From: Podarcis muralis
Taxonomy: Eukaryota
Reading direction: 5' to 3'
Assembly (NCBI RefSeq): GCF_964188315.1
Contig: NC_135667.1
Span: 20,212,001 to 20,276,000, forward strand
DNA length: 64,000 bases
Every line of letters begins with the position of its first letter. Within the stretch, counting starts at the first letter, position 1. Shown here piece after piece: positions 24,171 to 36,323 of the stretch. A model generated the notes under the pieces. That model saw only the letters and a list, made by a program, of their open reading frames with translations, ran no database searches and was not told where the DNA came from. The translations under genes and the position numbers were made by a program.

Positions 24171-25559
24171 CACACACAGGTAAGTTCCTCGACAATCAGA
24201 ACTTGGTTCCACAGATGCGTTCTTATCCAGGAAAAATAGATTATAAGGTCACTTCTGTGTGTACCTGCAACAAGCAAAACAAGAACATAATTCCAGTATC
24301 TGTGAAGCAAAAAAGCTACTTGGGTAATTAATTATTTGCCAGGCTTTGTGAAAGTAGCAAAATGCCTAGGTGAATTACCTCAAATTAAACTCATTTGGAC
24401 TGCACCAAATGCACAACTTCATCTGTTCGAAGCACATCAGTCTCATAAGACTTTAAGGCTACGTAACACTATACCCACTTATCTGGGAGTAAGCTTCCTC
24501 AACCTCAGTAGTACTTACTTCTGAGTAGACATATATAGGACTGCTGTGTGAAAGTTAAACCTGGCTTAAACATTTCATTAAGAAATACAATGATAAAAAA
24601 GGAGTTACTTTCATATCTCTTTGTGTGGCAGTAGCATGGATGTAATGTAGTTGACTAATTTGGAAGGTTTTCTTTGCTAACATCAGAATTATATTAGAAA
24701 ACAGTATTTTCTCTCCTACAGGGCATTCTGTGCTGTGTGCGCACAACAGGCACAGGTTTTCAGCTATATCATAGTGTCATGGACCTTGGATTGACTATAT
24801 GATTTGCCATTTCACATATGTGGAGTGACCCCCAAATTTAGGTTTATTTAAATCAAAATAATGTATAATTAGTTTGAGATCCCTCCCTATGGTGTGGTTT
24901 TAGTTGGAACAAATTGGGGAGTCCAGCCTACTGTGAATGGCATCCATGGGGTTGGCACATCTATCTTTCTTTTTCTCAATTCAGAAAGAAGCTGTTTTTT
25001 GGGGTGAAGGGATGCATTATTGCATGAGAAACAAGACAGGATAGATATGGATTGCGTATTTACTGCTTCACAAACCAGCGGTGGGAGGGCATTGGATGCA
25101 GAATTAACAAGTGTAGGCAGCCACAGTATTTAACCCAAAGTAAGTTTATTTGGTAAAAGAGTATGTATTAATAGCTGTGGAAGGCCCGGTGGCATTTGAA
25201 AGGGGGGTAATTAGGCTTTTTATTGATTTATTGTGGGTGGCGGTAGGGGTCTGAGGCAGGGGAGGAGGAAAGCTGTCTTTGAGCCGCAATCCTGAGCCGA
25301 AAGTTTGGCTTTGGCTGTTCCGCCTATGAAGGCAGCTCAGTTATCAAGATAAAGGGATAAAGGGCTGGTAGCCATTGTAATATTGGTCGGTACAAACCCC
25401 AAGGTCGTTGGACGGAAGAATCTTTTTAACCGTGACTGCTTTTTTAAAGACATTTTCAATGGCAATGGATTTCGGGTTATTTTAAGTGGCCTTAAGCTTT
25501 CTTTTCGAACTTGTGCCTGTCGCAACTGGTCTCCTCAGGGAGGAAAATAAATTCAATCA

Positions 25560-26340
25560 ATAATTAAAATTTCAATCAATAAATAGCTCGAGCGTGCTTT
25601 GTAGCTTCAAGCCTAGCAGCTTAGCCATTATGGGCCGCCAACAGACGGCTTAAGCGAGGCCGGGTTGCTTTTGCTTCTCGAATTGGCAGCAACGTTAGGA
25701 ATTGGGAGGCTATAAATCCACGGGAGATTTTTGGAGACCCTCAGCCACGTCACGGGTTAAGTCTAAATGTTCACCTGAGAGAGAGAGGCGTTATCGTGGC
25801 CTTTTATCAACTGAAACGGGGCAGATTTGTACAGAAAGGAATCTACCGTCGGGGTGGGGGGGGGGCGTGCAAGAAGGTCGTTTAGCCGGGACTCTTTTTT
25901 TTCGCGCCGCGCAGCTCTCTCAACCAGCCTTTATTCGCGAGGCTGAGGAAGAGCAGCCCCTCACACGAGGGAGAGAAGCCAACCGAGAAGCCGAGGTCGA
26001 AGCGTCCGAGCGAGGGAAGGAGACGCGGACGGAGAAATCTTGTCTCAGCGTGAGCCGAAGAACAAGCGGCGATATCCCTCCGCCGCGGCCTCCAGAGAGC
26101 GGGAGACGCGGGGAGCCGGACTCGCGCGCCGAGGCGTTGCTATGGGAGACGCAGGGAGAAAGGCGGGAAAACGCGGAAGCGGCGACTCTTGCGCCTGTTC
26201 CTTGCGCCCGTCGGTGTTTCCTTAGGAAGGTGGAGAGGCAGGAAGTTCCTCTGTCAAGCCTTCCTCCACCATGGAAAGATGGGCTCGCCTGCTGGCTAGC
26301 TCACTCTCCACCAAACTTTTCTAGCCAGCCATGAGCGTAG
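25560..26340. promoter_or_regulatory. CpG island, likely the KASH5 promoter and non-coding first exon
   Basis: Dense CpG/GC stretch 1.3-2 kb upstream of the exon at 24264. Confidence 0.6.
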
Positions 26341-26429
26341 CGGGGGGGGGGGGGCAGCTGCCTCTCCTTAATCAATACTGTACAAATCTAAGGTTCTGCC
26401 CCCACCCATAACAAGTTTCTGGCTACACC

Positions 26430-27476
26430 TGTGATAGGAATTTTATGGTCTTAGATATCTGGTAATGTTCATAAGTGTACCAACCAAGCACATAGATAGA
26501 TCAGCACAGGAAGAAGGCCAACCTGGAACCATTTTGATTCCTAAACTGACCAAATGTTTTCTCTGCAAGGTCAAAGTGGGAAACCTCCCCATTGTCTCTT
26601 TCCTCACAAATCCTGTCTTAAGGGCACATTTAAGATATGAATAGGGTGTGAGCCTGTGACCTGGCCCAGGAACTAAGTATTTATCACTACAAAAGAATGG
26701 CTGGGCTCCCCAGGCAATCCAATCAAGTAACCTGCCAGACAGGTGATAAAGAACAACAGGAGAAAAACAATACAGTGGTGCCCCGCAAGACGAAAAACCC
26801 GCTAGACGAAAGGGTTTTCCGTTTTTCGATGCGCTTCGCAAGACGATTTTCCCTATGGGCTTGCTTCGCAAGGCGGAAACGTCTTGCGAGTCTTGGGATT
26901 TTTTTCGCTTCCCCCCCCCCTTTTTTCTAAGCCGCTAATAGCCTTTTAGCCGCTAAGCCGCTAATAGCCTTTTAGCCGCTAATAGCCGCTAAGCCACTAA
27001 ACCGCTAATAGCGCTAAGCCGCTAATAGGGTTGCTTCGCAAGACGAAAAATCCACTAGACGAAGAGACTCGCGGAACGGATTATTTTCATCTTGCGAGGC
27101 ACCACTGTATTCAAATTTCTGTTTAGACCGCCTTTTCTGTGATGTAGGTGTGATGTATCTGAGGGGTGGTCTTAGGTTACACCCCTTCTGTGATGTATGT
27201 ATGATGTTTTTGGGGGTGGTCTTGATCTACAGGGTGGCAATTTCAAAAGTATAAGGCCTTGCACGCCATTTTTCTGGGTCCCTCCTCTCTCCTGTGGGTG
27301 AGGGGAGCACCCTGTTGCAACAGATCAATAAAGATCAAGCTTACTAGCTGCTTTGCTTCTCAATATTCTCTGGTTGGCCTCTGTTATTCTCTCCTACCAA
27401 TAGGGAACCTATGTAAGGACTCTATATGGGATCTTGGATACCCCATAAGAGAAAAGGGCGATTTTTGTTTACAACA
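26430..27476 (+). mobile_element. Solo LTR (ERV-like) with a nested MITE
   Basis: TG...CA ends. TSD cacc / cgcc (differ by CpG decay). U3 tandem repeats; AATAAA at 27327-27332. Homologous to 43592-44211. Confidence 0.8.
26773..27107. mobile_element. Tc1/mariner MITE with internal (gccgctaatag)-type tandem repeats, inserted in the LTR
   Basis: TIRs cagtggtgcc / ggcaccactg with TA TSD. Absent at the matching site of the 43.6-kb LTR. Confidence 0.85.
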
Positions 27477-28367
27477 CGCCCATGTAGGTAGCTAGCCCTC
27501 TTGTTTTCTGCACCCTCCTCATTGATTTAATTGTCTGAAGAGAACAGTACAATTTACAGTACTGTACAATAAAAAGCACACAAAAAAGCATGCATGCCTT
27601 GTGGGATATCTTTGGGAGAAGAAAAGTCTCAGGAGTAAACCCTACACAACATGGACGTAGCCAGGATTTATGTTGGAGGGGGAAGGCTTCATGTTAGGGG
27701 GAGCAGAAACTTAGTTAAGTATTTATATTGATTGGGGGTGGGGGGCTTGGCTATGCCCATGCTACACAAATCCAGAGTGGAGTCCCAAAGATAGTTGGGT
27801 GGGGCCTTGTATGCCTCTTCCGCAACTCCTGCAGCCAAGCTGGTGCCGAATGTATTGCTCTGCTTTCCTTTGAGGGGGACAGCCCATAAACTCCATACAC
27901 CACCCAGGCTTGCACCCCTTGCAATGTATATACTATAAGCAAGCCTCCCAAAAGCAACTCCTCAGCTTCCTAGTTCTCTTGCCACTTCCTGCCTAAGCTG
28001 AACCATTACCCTAAAAGTGGTACGGAAGATGGGATTTTCAGAATGCAGATGTTCTTTTTAGCTATAAATATTTAACAGTTCCCCCTGTTGAATAAATTTC
28101 TTCCGTGTAAAGAATAAGAGACTTTGGTAATTAAGCAGTGTAGAAATAGCTTAAATAAATAAATCTGCATTGCGAACAAAGCAACATTTGCACAGCTAGT
28201 GGTGTGAATGATTTAATTAACAAAAACTTTTTCTTTTTTGCTGAATGGAATCTAGAAATAAGTGGATTATGAGGGAAAGTACAGAGATTAAGATGATAAG
28301 CATAAAAAGGGTTGTGAGCATTGAAGAGTAACAAGCTATGTAAATTATGGGCCAAAAATAATTGTAA

Positions 28368-28710
28368 TTAGTAAAAGCCAGGCCCAATGTACTGCCCCAT
28401 TTCATTAGCCAATTGCTTGAGTTCCTGGAAATCTGCTTGTTTGGGATCAGCCATATCTTCCTCCCATGGCAACTGCCTTTTCTCGTCATAGTCTTCACTG
28501 AGCCCCTTTGGTTGGCCAATATCTTCCATGGAATAAGGAGATCTGGGCAGACTGACTAATGCTAGTTGGCCATCTTGCACAGAGTCATCATAATAAGCAT
28601 CCTCTTTGTCACGACGCATCAGGATTGGCTGGTAGAAAGAGAGCTGTTGGTCTGGTCTACTAATATCCACACTGTTCTCTGGATTTTCACATGTTGAAAC
28701 TGTTGTATAT
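28368..28710 (-). CDS. DKK3-like terminal exon (YTTVSTCENP...acidic tail...FQELKQLANEMGQYIGPGFY*)
   Basis: ctttctctcctag acceptor; phase 2 matches the previous exon. Supplies the last CRD2 Cys, as DKK3 HSLVYVC does. Acidic tail. Confidence 0.88.
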
Positions 28711-28750
28711 CTAGGAGAGAAAGCAACCGATTGACAAGACTGAATGAGTG

Positions 28751-28760
<10 letters not shown>

Positions 28761-28797
<37 letters not shown>
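28761..28797. repeat. (AT)n microsatellite
   Basis: Visible tandem repeat. Confidence 0.95.
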
Positions 28798-28807
<10 letters not shown>

Positions 28808-28939
28808 ATGTATTTATACACACAGTGCTTTTTTCTAAAAAAAAAATGTTTAGGGATACACTCATTTTCCTACTCATATTGAAATACAGCCCCTCAATGA
28901 GGCCAAACTTAGATTCACAAAATGTTTAGGGGTATGCGT

Positions 28940-29160
28940 ACCCCTTCATCCCCCAGAAAAAAGCACTGAGCACGCACACACACCCCACACACTCTACTTT
29001 TCTGTGTTTAAGATTAGGTTTTTTTACTTTAAAATTATGTGAAAAACTGTGGGTCATCTTATACACAGGGCAAATTCCCCCCTGTTTTCTTAAATTGGAG
29101 TCCCAAAAGATAGGAGGCGTCTTATACATGGGGGCGTCTTATACATGAAAAAATACGGGG
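28940..29160. mobile_element. DNA transposon/MITE fragment (ggcgtcttatacatg repeats, aaaaaatacgg end)
   Basis: Terminal motif typical of TcMar-type non-autonomous elements. Only one end recognised. Confidence 0.45.
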
Positions 29161-29526
29161 GGGTATCATCCCAGTCCAATCAACAGTAATTGCATCTTGC
29201 AAAGTATCCTGAAACAATATGTGGAGCAAATGCAATAATATAAGACTTCATTTATTTTATCTTAAATCAGTCTTGCAAAACAGAGTACAATTTTATTAGT
29301 ACATGGTTCATTGGGGTATTATTATTGTAATTAATTAGTAAATTGTCTTAATGTGATGTACAATAAAAATCAAAACAAAAAAACAAAATCCAACCTAGTT
29401 AAAAACGCAAGAAACAGCAGACAGACTTAAAACAAAATGAAAACAATGCAAAACAGACAGTCTTGCAGCTACTTTAGTTGCAGCTTTCTCTTGTGAAGAA
29501 TTCTACAGAGACAGAATCCTCCTTAC

Positions 29527-29689
29527 CTTTTAGCTCTGCACTTCAGCCCTTGGGCACATGGGCAATACTGGCTAGGTCTGGGAAAGGCTGTGAGGCTGCC
29601 CCAACCCATCAGTCCAAAGAGGGAACTGGTGGGAATCTGGCATACTTCCCCTTCCTTTGGATAAGGAGTGCAGACTGGGAACGAGAGAG
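29527..29689 (-). CDS. DKK3-like CRD2 exon LSFPVCTPYPKEGEVCQIPTSSLFGLMGWGSLTAFPRPSQYCPCAQGLKCRAK
   Basis: Aligns with DKK3 LLFPVCTPLPVEGELCHDP...CPCASGLLC. AG and GTAAGG sites; phase 1 to 2. Confidence 0.95.
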
Positions 29690-30118
29690 CTGTGTTGGAG
29701 ATAGGACAGAGATTATAAAGGATTATGTGTAGAAAATCCACAAAGTAAAATCTGCCTGGAATATCTGCTATACAAGATACACTGGATTGGTTCACACGTA
29801 ACACTAAGACAAAATATGTCATGGCATGAATGAGCTACTATACTGGTGCACATTTAGAAAAATTCAGCCGCTTAGCTCCTCTCCTTGTGAGCTAAACCAT
29901 AGTTAGTCTCTTAGCATTATGTGCAAATCCAGTCTTGTGGTTTGTTTCAGTAGCCCAAACCAAACACAAGCTATAACCAATACCTCCTGCTCTTGGCTTA
30001 CTGATTGTGATAATGAGGACAGGGGTTATATGAGGACCATGGTGTGAGAGGCAAAGATTAACTGTCTCTCCATGTGCACCGTGGTCTCAGTCTGGATTAT
30101 AGTCCCCAGGAATTGGTA

Positions 30119-30452
30119 AAAAGGTAAAGGGACCCCTGACCATTAGGTCCAGTCGTGACTGACTCTGGGTTTGTGGCGCTCATCTCGCTTTATTGGCCAA
30201 GGGAGCCGGTGTACAGCTTCTGGGTCATGTGGCCAGCATGACTAAGCTGCTTCTGGCGAACCAGAGCAGCACACCCGTTGGAATGGTACCTATTTATCTA
30301 CTTGCACTTTGACGTGCTTTCAAACTGCTAGGTTGGCAGGAGCTGGGACTGAGTAACGGGAGCTCATCCCGTCGCGGGGATTCGAACCGCCAACCTTCTG
30401 ATCGGCAAGTACTAGGCTCTGTGGTTTAACCCACAGCGCCACCTGCGTCCCA
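30119..30452 (+). mobile_element. Sauria SINE
   Basis: aaaggtaaagggacccctgaccattagg head. 13-bp TSD ccaggaattggta at 30106-30118 and 30453-30465. Confidence 0.92.
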
Positions 30453-30598
30453 CCAGGAATTGGTACTTTCAGTTTAAAAGCTTTCACACAACTCCCAAGT
30501 AAAGCAGTCAACATCACAAAATATGAGCAGACCAAATCCGAGGGTAGAAGGAAGTAGATTATCACGCCGGAGGCATGAGTACATAAAAACCATCTTAC

Positions 30599-30746
30599 AG
30601 TTGCTGGCGGTGCAACACAGCCCCTGAGCACACTTGTCCCGGCGTGGGTCACATCTTGTTCCGCTCTGACCACGGCTCACACCTTTTGCACACCTGCCCC
30701 CCACACATAGGTATCCCAGACAGCATTCCCTGTCCTTCCAGCATAT
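30599..30746 (-). CDS. DKK3-like CRD1/CRD2 exon ICWKDRECCLGYLCVGGRCAKGVSRGQSGTRCDPRRDKCAQGLCCTASN
   Basis: Aligns with DKK3 LCTRDSECCGDQLCVWGHC...GTICDNQRDCQPGLCC. Phase 0 to 1; canonical sites. Confidence 0.95.
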
Positions 30747-31230
30747 CTAGGAGACAAAGCATGATGATGACACAGCATTTATTTTCTGAAGTTCAAACTA
30801 GAAAATTCATTTAAAATACAAGGCACTACCAGTGAAAAGACCCTGCCTCATTTTATTTATTCAGGATGTGCTACTCAAAAGGCCAGCTTCTGTGTTTGCA
30901 TTTCAAAATATGAGCAGACTAATACCAAAATTGCACAGGACCTTTTCTCTCTTTTTCTGATACCCTTTTTTTCTTTCTCGCTCTTGCTCTCTTCCTGGCC
31001 AGCAGGCTGTCTGTCAGAGGAAGGGCAGATTCCTCTTGCCGGAGGCCTGAACTGATCGCATTCGAGAGCTTTTGAAATTAGGCAGAGGGCCACATGCAGA
31101 CTAGGACTGCAGGTTGCCAGCACTCTTGTGGAAAGACTTTTGCTTTGGAGCCTCTCGTTTTAGAATACCCCTTTCTGCGGTAGAAATATTTCCCAGGGAC
31201 AGTTCTGGCAGCAAAGTTGAGCGTACTCAC

Positions 31231-31323
31231 TGTATTCTTGACCTTACACTGCCGACACCGGGAAGCAAGGAAGGACTTGAAGCAGAACTGGTCCTTTTGG
31301 CAGTCACTGTCACTCACACATTC
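31231..31323 (-). CDS. DKK3-like CRD1 exon ECVSDSDCQKDQFCFKSFLASRCRQCKVKNT
   Basis: 93 nt with the same 31-aa length and Cys spacing as DKK3 ECIIDEDC...CQPC. AG and GTGAGT sites; phase 0 to 0. Confidence 0.95.
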
Positions 31324-32312
31324 CTGCTGGAGAGGAAGGACATATTTTAAAAGGGCTACAAGACCATTGCACTAGCAAGTTCCCTATTTCGTTGCTGGGT
31401 AATGGCTGAATTTAAGACTGCAGTTGGCTTCTGTGGAGCATCTTAGCTGGCTACTAGGATGGGACTTCTCCCTACCTCAGCTCAAACCTGTAAGTTTCCC
31501 ATAGATAGCTCTACATGTAAGAAAAGGTAATAGAGTGTTACTCCTTTTGGAATATTAATGGGTACTGCAAACTTCATTTCTGAATGCACACCAGAATATA
31601 AACAGCTCCATTTCCCATGTATATTCCCAACTAGCATTGTATTCAGTCATAGGGAATTTAACTGTGCGCTTAAGCACAGGCTCCAAGCTCTCCCATTCCT
31701 TGCTTCCCTTGAACTAGGACAGGGGTGGGGAAACTTTTTTCTGCCCAAGGGCCACATTCCCTTCTGGGCAGCCTTCCAGGGGCCACATGCCAGGGGTGGG
31801 GTCAACAGCGGCGACTTACAAAGGCCAGATTCCTATACAACCTGCATCCAGGGAAGCAAGGACCGTAGTTCAAGGGCACATCTTCTGAGGCTGGCAAAAG
31901 CATTCAAGAAGGTTGTGGAGCAGAGCTGGTGAACTCATAGGGAGGGTGTGCAGCCTACAGAAAGTCCTGATGGCTATTTAATGAGGCCTGTAGGGTCACA
32001 TTTGGTCGCCAGCCTGAGCTTCACTGCTCCTGGACTAGGAGAAGCTCTGCTGCAGGCCTTCATCAAGAGCCCTGCTAGAGAACTGTATAGAAACCTATTG
32101 ATAAAGCTTTTAATGTTACCAACACTTGTGTGGAACTTGGAGCCAGTGTGGTGTAGTGGTTAGAGTGCTGGAATAGGACCCAGGAGACCAGGGTTCAAAT
32201 CCCCACTCGGCCATGAAACTCACACTGAGTGACCATGGGCCAGTCACAGTCTTTCTACCTCACAGGGATGTTGTGAGGATAAAATTGGGAGGAAGAGAAC
32301 CAAATATGCCAG

Positions 32313-32609
32313 TGTTATGTACTGAAGTTCTCACCCTGGGCCAGCAGGGGGATACTGTAGATAGTTATGCAAATGAAGGATCGAAAAGTGACGTTCAGTG
32401 ATTGGATAGTTTTGTATGCAAATGAAGGATCGAAAAGTGACATTCCGTGATTGGATAGTTTTAGAAAATGGCAACAGTTGCATTGTTCTGGAGCTCTATA
32501 TAAGCAGGCTGACTGAGCTCCTCAGCCTAGTTCTGTTCTGGCATCTGAATAAAGAAGAGCTGTTTAAAGAATCGCTGTGTCGTCTGACATGTTCACCCAC
32601 AACTTAACA
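32313..32609 (+). mobile_element. Short solo LTR (Gypsy-like) inserted in an older SINE-like repeat
   Basis: TGTT...AACA ends; TSD gccag / gccac. TATATAA at 32497, AATAAA at 32548, and a 49-bp tandem duplication. Confidence 0.8.
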
Positions 32610-34660
32610 GCCACCTTGAGCTCCTTGGAGGGGGGTATAAATGTAATAAATAAAGAAAACAAAAACACAGCAGCCCCAAGAGGCTATCTCGTCACCTCTC
32701 CCACCTCATGGAAGAATTCAGATCAGACAAAAAGAAAGCACCCACACAAGCAGTGCTTGGAGCACATGAAAGACAGTCAGAAAATTGCAAATAAACACCA
32801 GCTGTTTTGCCTTACATGCCACAAATTCTCCTGCAAACTACCTCAGTTTGGAAGCGGCATTTCTAGTGCACAGACGTTTGTCTTAAAATGTTTGTGCCAT
32901 TTATCTCCACAAGAATCCTTCACAGGTTTGGCAAACACAGGATTCCAATGTACAGCACCCGTTTTGAGAATTGTTTCAATTCTTACTCTTACATACAGGA
33001 GACACACACATAAAGCACAGCTGGAAAATACCGTAGTTTTAAGTATGGTCTGGTATGACAGTCAGATGCATAACGATCTCTTGGTGGTTTGATGTTTTTT
33101 CTTCAAAAAGAAGACATAATGTGGGAAACCTCTTTTAGTTCAGGTTTCCTTTTTCGATGCAAGTGTGTAACCTGTTCGATTTGAAAGGAAGAGTGAAGTG
33201 CCAGATAAAACCTCAGAAATTCATTTGGGTGAGTGATTTCCAATGGATGGGGTGTCAATGCCCTGCGTAGGTTTCTGCCTCTCTCCAACATTCATGCACA
33301 GAAAGGTATGGCTTATTTATTTATTTTGTAATTTATTCCAGTCGCAGAGTACAGCTTTTCTTGGTATGGAACTATATAGCGAGCCAAGAACAAGGTTGCT
33401 GTTGAAGCGGCTAGTCATATACTGAGTTTTCAGATTTTAACAAGAATTTGCTTCCTGTTATCAGATTAACAAGTTGCTCTACTCTGTCTCAAGCAGGGTG
33501 GAATTTTGTTCTTGTTTATTTTCTCGCTCTTGTTTTTCTGTAAAAACAATAACAAAAATGATTTAATTTTTATTGTTTTTACAGGGGGGGAAATACAAAA
33601 GAGCATGGTGCTGATAGCACCAAGGTCACAGGTTTGATCTCCGTATGGGACAGCTGCATATTCCTGAATTGCAGGGGGTTGGACTAGATGATCCTCAGGG
33701 TCCCTTCCAACTGGGATTCTATTGCATATGGAATATCTTTATTTAATGTTGAGCATCAATATCAGTACAAATTTATTCAGTCGATTGCTGTTTCCTGGGC
33801 TGGTGACTATCCAATTTAACTCTATGTTTTAATCTAGCTGCTCAGATACCAAATTTTGTTCTGTGTGGAAATGATTCTGCATATCTTTATTTGGAAATTT
33901 CATATATATTTGGGGATGTAAAGTTTTATTCCATGTTGTGAGGCCTTTTGATTATAGACAGTGAGCCTGAAACCAAGACTGATGGGGGAAAATGGGTTAC
34001 CTTGGCACATAACTTTGAATGCCCCAGCACAGACAGATTTAACTTACAGGCCAGGTTTTCGGTCTAACCAACCATTTCCCAGCCTGCTACAAGAAGAAAG
34101 TGCCAGAAAGGGTGTGTGTGTATATATATTTCTCTCTTTTTTCCTTCCTCTCTGCACAGAGACAATTCCAGTCTGTTTTCTTAGAGCCAAATGTTGCTAT
34201 TTCTGAACAGGACTGGGCGTAATCAAAGAGGAGAGCAAAATTGAAGTAACCTGACAAAATTGATTTCAGTGGGGGAGTTGGGCTGCTCTCATTGAAACCA
34301 ACAGGACAAACTGCTCACAGTTTGAGGGTGTAATATCAAACACTGCTGGTAATTACTATAGCTTGTAGGTCAGTGACAATATGACAGGTGTAAGAAGAAT
34401 TATGGGAATTATTGTGGAAATAATAAGAATTATACTCCCTTGCTACCAGCTATGCGTGGGGTGGAACTGCTGCCACCTCTCTCTTTCCCTTCAGATTCAA
34501 CACCTACCTTTTCCACAGTTACATCTGCACCATACATTTAAAGCACATGCCGCTCCTGATAAGAATCCTGTAAGCTGTAGTTTGTTAACAGTGCTGGGAA
34601 TTGAACTCTGTGATAGGTAAACTACAGTTCCCCGAGTTCTTTGGAGGAAGCCATGTGCTT

Positions 34661-34774
34661 CCAAACTGACCAAACTGCGGGAGGTAGTGGAGGACGGAGG
34701 TGCCTGCTGTGCTCTGGTCCATGGGGTCACGAAGAGTCGGACACGACTAAACGACTAAACAACAACAACAACAA
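34661..34774 (+). mobile_element. BovB/RTE LINE 3' end
   Basis: ggggtcacgaagagtcggacacgact plus a (caa)n tail. 8-bp TSD atgtgctt. Confidence 0.85.
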
Positions 34775-35260
34775 ATGTGCTTTAAATGTATGGTGTGGGT
34801 GTGATGGTAGCTATGCTTAAGAACATTTCACAGCAGTCACCCATGTTTCTTCCCTCCCTGCGTTGTTTTCCCACTGTTGATTTTAAATTGTAAGCTCCTT
34901 GCAAGCAGAGACCTGTGTATGTTGCCTAGGTGCACTGTTACATGCAGTGGTAGCACAGGAAGATTTGTTGTTGTTGTTTTGAATCCCGGCCAGGATCCAG
35001 GTGGTTCTATCTGAGCTATTCTGTATTCAAGAACCTGATTCTATAACATTAACTTTAGAAAAGAAAAATACAAAATGCTCGTTCTCAGGGTTTTGTTTTC
35101 AAAAGGAAAGATTTTTATTTCAAGAATTTGAGAGAAACTCTCTTCTCCTTTTGGAGGATTCTCTCCCCAGCCTGCCACCCTGTGGATGTGAAAGAGGAAA
35201 TAGCTAGGAAACCAGAGACATTCTCTGCTGCCCAGGCAAATTAGAGGTTTCCCTCCTGCC

Positions 35261-35596
35261 TTATATTTTCCGCCAGAAGAAAAGGAAATGATGCTTTCGT
35301 GGGAGGAGCTTGCGGTTTGGGGTGACAGGCAGGGCCTTCTTCTTGATGGGGTGGGGGGCTGTCAAAAGCCCATTCCGAATGGCCAGCAGCCTGTGCCTCC
35401 TGTCAGTGGCCGGCTCTTCCTTTTCCCAGTTGGCTTCGGGGATGGGCTTGCTCTTAAGGTGCTGGGGCAAGCGGAAGATTAGAAAGGTCAGCCTAGGCCT
35501 AGGCTGGGGTGGGCCCAGCTTGAGGAATCTGAGCCCAGTGCTCTCTCTGTCTGCCTCAGCGCCATTTTCGTCCTGACTAGCCACTGGCTTTTTCTC
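35261..35596 (-). CDS. DKKL1: DKKL1-type terminal exon (EKKPVAS...PRLTFLIFRLP...TDRRHRLLAIRNGL...KLLPRKHHFLFFWRKI*)
   Basis: Motifs match mammalian DKKL1 PRVAFWIIKLP, EKRHRLQAIRDGL and RLSPRKTHLLY. Phase-0 acceptor tctttccag. AATAAA on the minus strand at 35114-35119 followed by a U-rich element. Confidence 0.93.
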   Translation of the reverse strand, partial: EKKPVASQDENGAEADRESTGLRFLKLGPPQPRPRLTFLIFRLPQHLKSKPIPEANWEKEEPATDRRHRLLAIRNGLLTAPHPIKKKALPVTPNRKLLPRKHHFLFFWRKI

Positions 35597-36323
35597 CTGG
35601 AAAGATACAGATAAAATGCAACCAGGGTGAGGATATTACCTCAGTGGTTTGTGGGAATCAGCCTGAGAAGGACTTTATGCTTAGAATGAGAAGTGGGAGG
35701 GTGTCCAAGCTGGGGGTCCACATTCTTTTACCCCCTCCAGGAGAGAAGAGGGGGTCAGAGGAAGAGGAATTCCTGGGGTAGGGAAAAGACCAATCTATGG
35801 GAATAGGGAGAAAGAGGGGCAATCTGTGGCCCTCCAGATGTTGCTGGGCTCCATCATCCCCTGACCCCTGGTCCAGAGGACCAGAAGTTCACCCATCCCT
35901 CCTTTTGGGGAAAGCAGAGGTACACTAGTCTAACAAGGTTTATTGGTCATGATAGTTGAACTGAACTGCCAGTATCAAATGCTGGGGACAGATAGCACAG
36001 GGCAACTGCAGCCTTCCATCCCTACTTATAAACTTCCCAGCGTAAAAACCCACCTGTGTAGATCAGGCTAGTTTCTACCCCTCCCTATTCTCTATCCAGG
36101 GAACTGAGAGGCATGATCAGAGTTCTAAGACATATTCAAGCCCGGCATAGACATGCAAGGGGGATATGAAGTATGCCCGCAGAAGGAGAGAGGTCTAAAG
36201 ACCAGACAGAGAGGTCTGGAGGGATGCATCTAGACTCTTGCCACACACACCAAGTCACACGCAACCAAAAAATTAGCTGAGGAAAGGTGACTGGGCTTGT
36301 TACCCTCCTGAGCGTGCACTGAC

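Noticed and set aside
25702-26334. 210-aa ORF in the CpG island
   Set aside because: TTG start, GC-rich low-complexity sequence, no homology; long ORFs are expected in CpG islands. I could not exclude that part of 24750-25900 is an old LINE 5' region.
33103-33171. Possible third alternative exon of DKKL1 (acceptor at 33171, VTHLHRKRKPELKE...)
   Set aside because: The acceptor is plausible but there is no homology and only a weak donor; not supportable without transcripts.
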